DNA of 63,957 bases, filler included, from Salisapilia sapeloensis CBS 127946 (lineage: Eukaryota; Protista; Oomycota): the NCBI GenBank assembly GCA_023334545.1. It is 7 parts of 7 records of this genome, joined end to end, with 100 filler letters (N's around TTAATTAATTAA, not from the genome) between each part and the next. Parts side by side here need not be neighbours in the genome. Positions count along the whole stretch, not along the records: positions 1 to 18,200 come from JAADVB010000323.1; positions 18,301 to 24,064 come from JAADVB010000593.1; 5 more parts are not named here. One strand, given 5' to 3'. The notes below the pieces were generated by a model. It was not told the DNA's origin, searched no databases, and saw only the letters and a program-made list of their open reading frames with translations. The translations under genes and the position numbers were made by a program. Positions 11,617 to 21,694 of the stretch are shown here, in pieces (the first letter of the stretch is position 1; every line of letters starts with the position of its first letter).

Positions 11617-13545
11617 ATGTTGAAGCAGTCTACTGTCTTCATCTCCACACTTTTGGCAATGCTCCTAGTGAGCACACAAGCCGCCTTTTACGTCCCAGGC
11701 GTCGCACCACAATCCTGGAGTGAAGGTGACAAAGTGATGCTCAATGTCAACAAAATGACGTCGACAAAGACACTTGTGCCGTATGAATACTACTACCTTC
11801 CATTCTGCAAGCCTGCGACGCCGAATGAAGCACAGGAGAACTTGGGTGAGATCATGGCTGGTGATTCGATCATGGAGTCGCTCTATGCGATCGAGATGAA
11901 CCAAGATAAACGATGCCAAGTACTCTGTCGGCCACGTACGTACAGTCAGGAAGAGTCTCAACAATTTATCGAAATGATCCAGAACGAGTACTACGTCCAA
12001 TGGGTCGTGGATAACCTCCCCGTGCTCTTCCGGGAAGGTGGTGCCGACAGTCCAGCGTTTAAACGTGGCTACCCACTCGGTGAAGTCGATGAAACAGGCC
12101 GCTATCTCTTGTATAACCACGCGAAAATTGTTCTGTCTATCAACAAGGATCCGTACGTGGCGGAAGACGCGCCACCAAAGTACCGCATCGTCGGCTTTGA
12201 AGTCGTACCAGTCTCCATCGCTCACAAGTTCGAGAACGAGCCAGAAGCTGGCACGGAGCTGGATTCAGAGACGTGTGGCAAATTCGTGAACATTGAGGAA
12301 GTGTCTCGAGGCAATTATCAGTACTTGAACGGCCAAGGGGAGACGCAAGTGCTTTTCACGTATGACGTCAAGTTCCAACACTCGGACGTTGCGTGGGAAG
12401 AGCGTTGGGACGCGATCATCAGTAGCAAGAGCTCGAACGACCAGATCCATTGGTTCAGCATCGTCAATTCGCTCATGATCGTTCTCTTCCTCACGGGTAT
12501 GATCGCCATGATCATGCTACGTACGCTCCACCGTGATATCTCCAAGTACAATGAAGTCCAGACGTCGGAAGAAGCGCAGGAAGAGAGCGGATGGAAACTC
12601 GTGCATGGCGACGTCTTCCGTCCGCCGCAGCTGTCGCCCATGCTCTTCTCTGTCTTTGTCGGCACGGGTGTTCAGGTGTGTACTATGAGCACTATTACGA
12701 TGATCATCGCTCTCCTTGGTCTCTTGTCGCCTGCTAACAGAGGCTCGCTCTTAACCACTCTCGTCCTCCTCTTTGTCTTCATGGGAAGCTTTGCTGGCTA
12801 CTACTCCTCTCGCACATACAAGATGTTCCATGGCAAGAACTGGAAGCAAAACACTTTGCTCACCGCGGTCTTCTACCCCGGCTCGCTCTTTGCCGTCTTC
12901 TTCCTACTGAACCTCGTGCTCTGGCATGAAAGTAGTTCCCAAGCCGTTCCATTCGGCACGTTGTTTGCGCTCCTTGTGCTTTGGTTTGGTATCAGTGTTC
13001 CACTCGTCTTCCTCGGTAGTTACTTTGGTTTCAAGCAACCTACCGTCGAGTTCCCCGTGCGAACGAACCAGATCGCTCGTCAAATCCCGGAGCAACCGTG
13101 GTACCTATCGCCATCGTTTAGTGTCCTTGTTGGCGGTGTCCTTCCCTTTGGCGCCGTCTTCATCGAACTCTTCTTCATCATGTCAGCACTGTGGCTGCAC
13201 CAGATCTACTACGTCTTTGGCTTCCTCTTCATCGTCCTCGTAATCCTCGCTGCGACATGCGCAGAAGTGACGATCGTCATGTGCTACTTCCAACTATGTG
13301 CCGAAGACTATCGATGGTGGTGGCGTTCCTTCTTAACGTCCGGCTCGGCCGCAGCCTACCTCTTCTTCTACGGCGTCCTGTACTTTTACACCAAGCTCCA
13401 GATCACAGCGTTCGTCTCTGGTCTGCTCTACTTTGGGTACATGGCCATGATCTCACTCACCTTCTTCTTCCTCACGGGTACCATCGGCTACTTTGCTTGC
13501 CTTTGGTTCACGACGAAGATCTACTCGTCCATCAAAATCGACTAA
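11617..13545 (+). CDS. TM9SF: Transmembrane 9 superfamily (nonaspanin/EMP70) protein, TM9SF2/4-type
   Basis: Signal peptide, AFYVPGVAP, ENLGEI, IHWFSIVNSL, EESGWKLVHGDVFRPP, EDYRWWWRSF; nine TM segments; C-terminal IKID. Confidence 0.97.
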   Translation: MLKQSTVFISTLLAMLLVSTQAAFYVPGVAPQSWSEGDKVMLNVNKMTSTKTLVPYEYYYLPFCKPATPNEAQENLGEIMAGDSIMESLYAIEMNQDKRCQVLCRPRTYSQEESQQFIEMIQNEYYVQWVVDNLPVLFREGGADSPAFKRGYPLGEVDETGRYLLYNHAKIVLSINKDPYVAEDAPPKYRIVGFEVVPVSIAHKFENEPEAGTELDSETCGKFVNIEEVSRGNYQYLNGQGETQVLFTYDVKFQHSDVAWEERWDAIISSKSSNDQIHWFSIVNSLMIVLFLTGMIAMIMLRTLHRDISKYNEVQTSEEAQEESGWKLVHGDVFRPPQLSPMLFSVFVGTGVQVCTMSTITMIIALLGLLSPANRGSLLTTLVLLFVFMGSFAGYYSSRTYKMFHGKNWKQNTLLTAVFYPGSLFAVFFLLNLVLWHESSSQAVPFGTLFALLVLWFGISVPLVFLGSYFGFKQPTVEFPVRTNQIARQIPEQPWYLSPSFSVLVGGVLPFGAVFIELFFIMSALWLHQIYYVFGFLFIVLVILAATCAEVTIVMCYFQLCAEDYRWWWRSFLTSGSAAAYLFFYGVLYFYTKLQITAFVSGLLYFGYMAMISLTFFFLTGTIGYFACLWFTTKIYSSIKID

Positions 13546-13633
13546 GCATGTCGATGATCTTGCTAATTCAAATGCATGTACGAGATGGAAGCAAAGACAG
13601 TAGACATTTTCTTTTCCTTTCAACTCTTACGTG

Positions 13634-15564
13634 TTAAACCGTTCGCCATGCATGCATCCATGGATGTTGCTCTAGTACTCTACCTGCTTTCGATTGCCAC
13701 GACTTGACATCAGCAAATGAGCGAAAGCTTTCGACTGCACGGAAGATGTAGTCAGCTGGAGTCGTTACTAGATCTGCAGGTGTACCTAGCTTTTGTACTT
13801 CCAACGCATTCACGACATCGTAGTCACCGACAAGCTCCACCATTGCGTCATTCACTTCATCTAATCTTGCTTCGTCGATCATTGCCTCCAGCTTCTCTTG
13901 TAGCGATCCATCAGATAGACTGACTAGACTCTTGATTGCCTTGGAAGCTGTCGTGTCTGCCAATTGCTTGCGTGTCGTGATCCCTGCTTTCCTTAATAAT
14001 TCACCAATCTCTACTCCTGTGATCTGCACGACTTCATCGTCCACTGCTCTGCAACTAGCTTCCCTTCCAACGTCCTTGAGCATCGAACAGCTCCACTTGT
14101 CATGTCCGACTTTGGCTTCCGTGGCTTCTGGAAGCGACAAGATACGAGCTTTGTTGCACAGATCGCAGTACACGGTCGTGGTCTCTTCTTCATCGTCTCC
14201 AATATCCTGTCGGACGCGTGCAATTTCCAAAGGAGCTTGGTCGGAGACTGCTGTACCCTCAACACTCTTCGCACTTTGATCCATGCGAGCAATAGCAGCT
14301 TTCGCAACGGCATCCGGATCTATCTTGACTTTCTTTGGCGCTGCTTTCACCTGTCTACTGTCATCGCGTCCCGAACTCTCGCCTGTCGTAGGTTCATAAT
14401 ATCCTTTCTGTCGATACTGTCTCCACGTCTCTTCACTCGCTTTCGCTTCCTGTGCTTTCTTCGATTCAACTCTAAATTTTTAGTCATTTACCTGCTTACG
14501 TCTTAAAAATAGGAGGAAGGTACCTCGTTCGAATGTCCAGATATGACCAATCTTCTTCTGGCACTAACTTTCTCAATCCATCTGCGATCTGTCCATCATA
14601 CAGTCTCGCGATACTCCAGAACACTCTACTTGTGATCCTTAGCCTCTAGACAGCAACGAATCGATATTACATCCTACCGAGTAGACAGTTGTGCCATGTT
14701 AAATGGCTTGAGCATCTCACGACCCGTTTCTCCATTCGCGACGAGAATGTACTTGATCGCTGCACGCAACTCACGCTCTTGTAAGAGATCCACCGTCTCG
14801 TCCGCCCACTTGCGAACACCTTCCTTCCATGTCACTTTCATCTGCGGACGTCCGTCGCCACTCGCTCGTCTCATGCCATCACACTCTTCCGTCGTAAAGT
14901 TACGACTAAGCGCTGCATTTAGACGCGCCGTGGCTCTCGTGATAGCGTACTGATGCTCCACAGCAGACTTGGTTGCTGCACGGAAGAACTTGGCACCACG
15001 ATCATTCGATTGACCACTCACGGCGGCAGCTAATTGTTCCCCAATGTCGTCTTTCGATGTCAAATTCACCTTTTTCATTCGAGTATATTTCGGTGCAGCG
15101 TCCTGTGTTACTTCACTGCCATCTTGTTCTTCCTCACCTTGGCTCGTGGTTTCTCCAAGACGCACGCCTTCCCCGATTTCCTTGCGTTTACGACTGAATG
15201 CTCGACCATTGACTGTCGTATTCGCTTTGCCATTAACAGAGTGCACGCCACGCTTGGGCTCCTTGGGTCTCTCCGTCTTGGACTTGGTAGCTTTACCTCC
15301 CTTCTTCATCGGAGCTGTAGAGGACGCTTGGGTGGCACTGACGTCTTGGAGAGTGATCACGACTGTGTCATTGTTCGCCAAGTGAGACTCGACATCGTCC
15401 TGTGCCGTGTACTCTACTTGCTTTGGTGGAAATCCAGAACGTACTAGGCATTGCAAACAATCCTTAGTGTGTATATACCGTAGTATATGCAAAGTAAATG
15501 CACCTGTCAATGTTTTCTTCGCTGGAATCGACAGCGTCTGACCTGCCAGCTCTATAATTCTCAT
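13634..15564 (-). CDS. Uncharacterised 608-aa protein with ubiquitin-like N-terminus and CW-type zinc finger, 3 exons
   Basis: Two 52-nt GT-AG introns (14626..14677, 14472..14523) join the 296-aa and 238-aa ORFs in frame through the exon RVFWSIARLYDGQIADGLRKLVPEEDWSYLDIRTR. CW finger VYCDLCNKAR...WSCSML...C. 'VRSGFPPKQ' recalls OTU1/UBX-type ubiquitin folds. Confidence 0.7.
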
Positions 15565-15847
15565 TTATATGTCCATAAACGCATTTCCTTCGTACTAATG
15601 CAAGTACTACCTAAAAACTGAGCCATAGAATCCTTCGGATCCACTTGCACTATGCAAGTCTTGCCCTTAGGTCCTCGTACTCGTAGCGTCCACATCGCAA
15701 TCTCTAGCACCGTTCTTCGTGGTGATGCCTGCGACATTTAATATCAAATAAAACAGATTAAAACTTCAACAACTGTTTCCACAGGACACTTCGCAGAATT
15801 TATTCTGGGGTACTCGATTCGATCCCAAATATCGCACTTCCACCGTC

Positions 15848-15863
15848 TTTCATTCCTTTATTT
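15848..15863 (+). promoter_or_regulatory. Oomycete Inr+FPR core promoter-like motif
   Basis: TTTCATTCCTTTATTT fits TCATTYBNNNWTTY, 36 nt upstream of the ATG at 15900. Confidence 0.55.
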
Positions 15864-15899
15864 TCCATCTACTACACAAGCAACATTGAGAAGACCATT

Positions 15900-17990
15900 A
15901 TGACGACTTTGAAGAAGGAAGGATGGCAAGAACACCTTCGAGCAGAAGAGAATGAGCTCGAAAGAGAGTTTAAGACACTCGAGCGCCGGTATAATGCTCA
16001 GGACATCACAATGAATGAGTCGAATGACTCTTCTGGACGTGTGATCCGGTGCTGGTTGTCACTCTCGGATCCGGATCTACCGATTGCGCTCCGTGAACGC
16101 GTTGAGCTTGCAATTACACTCCCATCGGACTACCCAGTGGCAGAACCTACCGTTGCGATATCTAAAGACTGGACACAAAAGCTTCTTCCGGCACAAGTAA
16201 CTGCCATTGATAATGCTATCTTAGCAACGGCAAAAAATATGCAAGGGACATACTGTCTACGCAAACTCTTGACATGGATCGATAACCACGTCTACCCTCT
16301 GCTTCAATCCGCCTCCAGCGAAGATGATCCAAATGATCCCTTATACACACCTCCTGCAGAAGAACCTGTGGAAGAGGATACTACTCCACAGATCACCAAA
16401 TCACTTCGGCCCTGTCGATTCTTCGCCAAAGGCTTTTGTCGGAATGGCGACACCTGCCGCTACTCGCATGATATTGCGCTCCTACAAACGCAGTCTCCAG
16501 AAGTAACCGACGACACGAATGCCAAGCCGAAGAAATCTAAAGGCAGAGGCAAGCAGCAGCCAAAGGAAGACGCTGAAGCACGAGAACCATCTCGAACAAC
16601 ATCCGACAATGATACCAAAAATACAGCAAAGAAATCAAGTCGCAAGCGTCGACCTCGCAAGTGTCGATTCTTTGCTCGTGGAGAATGTCGAAACGGTGAC
16701 GAGTGCAAGTACAGGCACGTACAAGACACTGGAGAAGAGAAAGAGGCTGAAGAGGCGAATGAAAAGGGAGTCAAGGTCGTACCTACTTCTGGGTGGACAG
16801 AAGCACAGCAGCTCGCTCTCGATAATGCTCTACGCAAGTACCCAAGTACGAAAGAAGGCATGACAGCCAAGGAACGTTGGATGTATATCGCGAATGAAGT
16901 CGATGGCAAGTCACTCAACGAATGTATCGATCGCTTCCAGTACCTCCGTACTCTTGTCCTGAGCGAAATGAAGCAAGAGGTAACGCATGAAACAGATGAG
17001 GAAGAGGAAAGTGATAATGACAGTCCTCTCGATCCACGTATCATCGCTTCATCGAATCGTGTTGACATCGAAACAGAGCCTCGAAAACGTGGCACAGCCG
17101 TCTCTCTTCCAGACCTTTTCCTCTACGAGACGGGCACACTCATCGTCCAACGCCTTCGCTGCAACATGCAGTGTCTCGGCTGTCCATTCACGTTTGATGT
17201 GACTTTATCTCTCGACGATCCCGAGTACCGAGCATGGTGCCCTCGCTGCAGTCTCCAGCACGCCATCTCCTTCCATCCAGTCTTTGCACACAACTCGGAT
17301 CCGACCCTCTGTCTCTTCGACACAGACAACTGCTCCGCTCTAGACGTTCTTCCAAGCGACTTGGTCGCCGTCTGCCTCCAATGCGACACCGAAGTGCTCT
17401 TCCAAGACACTGTACCAGCTCGACGTAGCGAAAGCTCATGCCTTCGCTGCCATACGAAGCTCGCTGTCAACTTCAAGCGGTTCGCTATTCATCAGCTGAC
17501 ACCTCCATCCGCATCATCCCTCCCCTTCAACGCTACTACCAAGAAGACACGCGTGCCGACTGGACCTGTCCTGCAGCTAGGAGAGCCACTGCCGGATAAA
17601 GGTACATGCGAGCACTATCGCCACTCGCAGCGTTGGTTCCGCTTCCAGTGCTGTGGCAAGCTCTTCCCTTGCGATGTCTGTCACGACAAGAGCGACTGTG
17701 AAGCTGCTAGTGCCGGTGTGATTGCCAGTCGTATGGTCTGTGGTCTCTGCTCGAAGGAACAGTCGAGTCAGGTGAAAGTCTGCAGCTGTGGCAATCAGGT
17801 CGGTCGAGAGAAACAGCAGACGAGGTTCTGGGAAGGTGGTAAAGGCTGTCGAGACCAGAGCAGGATGGATCCGAAAGATCCACACAAGTATCGTGGCAAA
17901 CACAAGACGATGAACCAAAAGGCAAAGCGTGTTGGTGAAGAAGCGAAGCGTCGACGTCAACGAGGAGAGAAGAAAGAAGCGACTGCTTGA
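15900..17990 (+). CDS. RWD-like + 2x CCCH zinc finger + SANT/Myb + CHY zinc-finger protein
   Basis: 'LAITLPSDYPVAEP' (RWD/UBC-like); PCRFFAKGFCRNGDTCRYSH and KCRFFARGECRNGDECKYRH; WTEAQQLALDNALRKYP...ERWMYIANEVDGKSLNECIDRF; CEHYRHSQRWFRFQCCGKLFPCDVCHD (CHY). Confidence 0.85.
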   Translation: MTTLKKEGWQEHLRAEENELEREFKTLERRYNAQDITMNESNDSSGRVIRCWLSLSDPDLPIALRERVELAITLPSDYPVAEPTVAISKDWTQKLLPAQVTAIDNAILATAKNMQGTYCLRKLLTWIDNHVYPLLQSASSEDDPNDPLYTPPAEEPVEEDTTPQITKSLRPCRFFAKGFCRNGDTCRYSHDIALLQTQSPEVTDDTNAKPKKSKGRGKQQPKEDAEAREPSRTTSDNDTKNTAKKSSRKRRPRKCRFFARGECRNGDECKYRHVQDTGEEKEAEEANEKGVKVVPTSGWTEAQQLALDNALRKYPSTKEGMTAKERWMYIANEVDGKSLNECIDRFQYLRTLVLSEMKQEVTHETDEEEESDNDSPLDPRIIASSNRVDIETEPRKRGTAVSLPDLFLYETGTLIVQRLRCNMQCLGCPFTFDVTLSLDDPEYRAWCPRCSLQHAISFHPVFAHNSDPTLCLFDTDNCSALDVLPSDLVAVCLQCDTEVLFQDTVPARRSESSCLRCHTKLAVNFKRFAIHQLTPPSASSLPFNATTKKTRVPTGPVLQLGEPLPDKGTCEHYRHSQRWFRFQCCGKLFPCDVCHDKSDCEAASAGVIASRMVCGLCSKEQSSQVKVCSCGNQVGREKQQTRFWEGGKGCRDQSRMDPKDPHKYRGKHKTMNQKAKRVGEEAKRRRQRGEKKEATA

Positions 17991-18200
17991 TATCATAACT
18001 ATATAAAGAAAATATAGTATAAGGTTACTTGCTCATTACCTCCATCTTATACTTGGTTCTTGCCTATCGATATAATGCATCGCTGGAGGAAGTGGTTCGG
18101 TGGATGATGTTGTGGGTGGTCGGGTGCTTTGATCCAGAAGACTGTTTGCTGATGTCGGCCAGGAAGGCGGCGTCCAGGTAGGTCGAGAGGAAGTCGTGCA

Positions 18201-18300
18201 NNNNNNNNNNNNNNNNNNNNNNNNNNNNNNNNNNNNNNNNNNNNTTAATTAATTAANNNNNNNNNNNNNNNNNNNNNNNNNNNNNNNNNNNNNNNNNNNN
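18201..18300. other. Artificial contig spacer (N44-TTAATTAATTAA-N44)
   Basis: Identical 100-nt spacers occur at 18201, 24065, 35431, 37558, 52312 and 56221. The insert places stops in all six frames. Confidence 0.97.
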
Positions 18301-18655
18301 TGTCGCTGCTGGTGGTCGTTACCCATTCGGATGTCGTGGAGGTAGTGAGGTGTAGGCAGAACAAGAGGAATATTCACTTCAACATGGTAGAATTTCTAGG
18401 ATTGTGACACCTGTGCGTGCGCTCTGGCAAAATCCAAGCGAAGTAGGGCTCGAATATTTGAGCCGACGCGTTATGAGACCGTCACATCCAGTCGTGCGAC
18501 ACAAGCGCGCCTGTGCAACTTTTCGCCTCGGAGTACGCGAGGGAGCGGGTGTGTCAAAGACACAGTGCCTATAGAGTTTCAAAGGCATGTAGCAACTTTA
18601 TAGAGTGCCTCCTACCAACGCGTGATGACGATGTGGTACAACTCGGCTGTATGTA
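18301..18655 (-). repeat. Left arm of a 355-bp inverted repeat bounding the contig 18301..24064
   Basis: Reverse complement of 23710..24064, with about 3 mismatches seen by eye. Confidence 0.95.
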
Positions 18656-20845
18656 GGCGCTCATAACGGCTTTGCAAGACAACTCTAACCGTGCTAAAAA
18701 CCAAGTTACCGGTTTGGATAGGTTACTCTGTATCTTGAAGAGATGTGCTGACTGTAATGGGGAGATAGGAAGTTTCTTGATGCAGAATTGAGGGTCAATA
18801 ATTTAGGTGGTAAATAGAAGCATTTTGATGGACTGCTAGACAGTAGTTCGTACACTATAAATGAATGCACCGCTGCGCAAGAAGTGACAAGGTAGAGCTT
18901 ACGATGGCCAGAAGCAATTTGGTATTGATAGCGATACTGTTAAAGCTGGCTTGACCAACATCGTAAAGAGTATTGGCGCTTAAAGCACTATCGATATTTA
19001 GAAGCAGTGCATTACAGACTCAAACGTATTCACATTACGGTAAATACTCGTTCTCCCACATAGTATATGTGAACAAAGCACTGATTTCATTTTGCCAAAG
19101 GTGCCACTTTTGAATAAGGCGTAGTCCATGATGCGAAAATATACCTTATACAGAGCTATCTCACACTGAAAGCTCGGTTTGTGACTGCCATGTACAAAAT
19201 GTTCTAATGTCCTTTGCATCAGTGTATTCGCTCGGTGAACACCAATACAAAGTACCATTAACGGAGTGGTCGACGAGTAGAGACTTGTTGTATACATTCA
19301 AGTCGCTATTTGGTCTAGGCACCTTGAACAGTATACCAAAATAGCAGAAGCAGAGTACATAGGCATTCGTGGCATTCGTGGCATCTTACCTGCGCTATCG
19401 AACAACTCTTTCGTGTATAATCCATACATCCCTGAGTACCAAAGAGCGCGAAAAGAGCGCATGCTCCGCTTATATTTATAAGCATCATAGTAGCACATTC
19501 TATGGGCTTTAAAGGCGCGAAGGCTCAAGCGGTGCTGCTGTAAAGGCTCTCGGACTGTGGGGTCGTATTTACGTCCAAGCTAATGCCTCTGACGTGCACC
19601 GAATACACTGACGACAGTTAAAATGACGTGCTTTTCCTTGATCAGAATGAACGCAAGTAGACTTTTTGCTCCTTCCTACCAAGCAAAGGAACGACTGCGT
19701 CTGCTGAGAGCAAAAGTCTAAGCGGTGGGTACAAGCAAAGTGCAACACTTGCGAAACCGCTTCGGGAAGTTGCCATCGTGAATCATGCAATGCGCCGTCG
19801 GTTGGAGCTTGTGCGATCCGGTTTTATAGAGGAGGCACGCATGTGTACTATTGTTCTTCTAGCTAGACGAGCCTGAGATGAACTGATTCAGTTTCTTTCG
19901 TCATTCTGTCAAATTGACTGCGTGCCTACTCGTGATTCCGACTCTTTCGCACTTGAACTTTTCGATTGGTAACCTAGAAATGAATTGACCTGACAACTCA
20001 TCATTCGAACCGCCTCTGTCGATGTGAACCACCCATATTAGTATTGTACTCGTCTCCATCTTCGTAGGGCTCTTGGGTTGTTGCCATGAATAAACAAAGA
20101 GACAAGCGTGGATGAAAGCCATCAATGCAATCGGTGTAATGTATGCTATGCCGTAAGTAAAAGCTTTAGGTCTACAAAGGAGTGCATGGAAACTTGGGAT
20201 AGAAATGGTTGCTGAAGATTTTCGAAGGTCTCGTTCACTTGATAACACTGCGCTCATTGGATACAGTCATCCATTCTTTATATTCGAGGGTACGTCAGAG
20301 CAGCTTCACACACTTACCTAGAATTGCAAGTGTGCGAAGATTTTCGAAGCGGCGCATCCAATTAGTCGTCAAGTATATCCGGCCAAGAGCTTATTGGGTT
20401 AGCGTCCATCAGACAGGAACTCAGATAGTATGTATCCCAGACGAGGATGGATGGTACGCAGTGCATGATTCTCATGCATCGTGGAAGCGCCATTAGACGA
20501 TACCTGGGCGCATGATACAGGCCGTGCGCACGACTTTGCCACTGTGTTCGTTTCTCTGCAGTAGAACAAGTAACGCGATCATGGTTTTCTCACTAGTCAA
20601 TGTGTCGCTTGTCTTGAATCAGTTCGCATCAGCTTGTACGTGCCTCGCTCGTATTCCTTCTTGTCATCAAATGGATACTAGTACAAGGTAGTTGAATTGA
20701 TTTGGAAACTTTATTGATTACACATTTAACTTGGAAGGCCAGCTGAGATGCGTCACGATGGCTTCGCTACAGAGTGATATGAATATTTTCAATGTTTTCG
20801 CTTCCAGGTCTCGATTATGAACTACACTAATTCGTCGTCTTGACT

Positions 20846-21694
20846 TTACCATGGATGTGGTGGCTGGTCGAGCGGCCCGTTCTTTCGTCCATACGTAATA
20901 TTATACTGGTTCATGGGATGCTGCTGGTGAGGATTCATCCTGGGCGGTTGTACAATCATGCAATCCAGGATATCGTTGATGTCCTGATCAGAAAACTGGA
21001 AGCCTGGTGGGTGCGGCGGGGGGTAGTTTCCATACGCTGGAGGCGTTGGCTCTGTCTTTAGTTCCATGGCAGGTCCGGTCATTTGCATCGGCTGAACGGA
21101 TCCAGGACCGAACGGATGAATCCGAGACGCCAAGCCGGGCAGATTCGTTGGCTGCAGCTCTGCATGTGCGAAGCCATCTTTCTGTTCAGTTTCCACCGCA
21201 CTCATCAGAGAAACGAAGGATTCCGATGTTAGAGGCGATGAAGTTGGTGTAGACTGTGGCGACGGGACGTCGGATGAGCCGCATCGCTGACGGTGCTGGG
21301 TACGCATATGTCGCGTGAGATTACCTGCAGTACTAAACGTCTTTCGGCATCCTGCAATTCGGCATGTGTGTGTGACACGTCCTTCATGAGCTTTAAGGTG
21401 GTTGAGTAGCTTGTCCTTCTTGGTGAAAATGCGCGTGCAGTCGCCAACGGGGCATTCAAAGCGCTCTGCAAGGTGCAATCGTCGATGACGCGATAGGTTG
21501 CCAGAAGTGCTAAATCGCTTGCCGCAACCATGGACAGGACACATATATGGCTTTTCTCCGGTGTGGGTCTTCAAGTGTTCATGCAGGGTGAACTTTCGAT
21601 GGAATCTTCGGCCGCAGCTAGTGTGTGGGCATGTGAAAGGACGATCCTGTTCATCGGACGGAGATTGCGGAGTGGACATGATGGTAATCGCCAT
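20846..21694 (-). CDS. C2H2 zinc-finger transcription factor (4 fingers)
   Basis: CPHTSCGRRF...HLKTHTGEKPYMCPVHGCGKRFSTSGNLSRHRRLH, plus two further fingers and a Pro/Gln-rich C-terminus. Confidence 0.93.
   Translation of the reverse strand: MAITIMSTPQSPSDEQDRPFTCPHTSCGRRFHRKFTLHEHLKTHTGEKPYMCPVHGCGKRFSTSGNLSRHRRLHLAERFECPVGDCTRIFTKKDKLLNHLKAHEGRVTHTCRIAGCRKTFSTAGNLTRHMRTQHRQRCGSSDVPSPQSTPTSSPLTSESFVSLMSAVETEQKDGFAHAELQPTNLPGLASRIHPFGPGSVQPMQMTGPAMELKTEPTPPAYGNYPPPHPPGFQFSDQDINDILDCMIVQPPRMNPHQQHPMNQYNITYGRKNGPLDQPPHPW

Noticed and set aside
18066-18200. Minus-strand open frame HDFLSTYLDAAFL…DALYR* leaving the first gap
   Set aside because: May be a gene's 3' end, but it is too short and unrecognisable to annotate.
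18245-18256. TTAATTAATTAA palindrome repeated six times inside N runs, and ORFs ending in XXXN or XXXLIN
   Set aside because: An artificial six-frame-stop linker inserted during scaffolding, not biological. ORFs starting or ending in it are artefacts.
19362-19383. GGCATTCGT tandem 9-mer (MPRMPRMP in a short ORF)
   Set aside because: Only about 2.5 units in a non-conserved ORF; consistent with local slippage.
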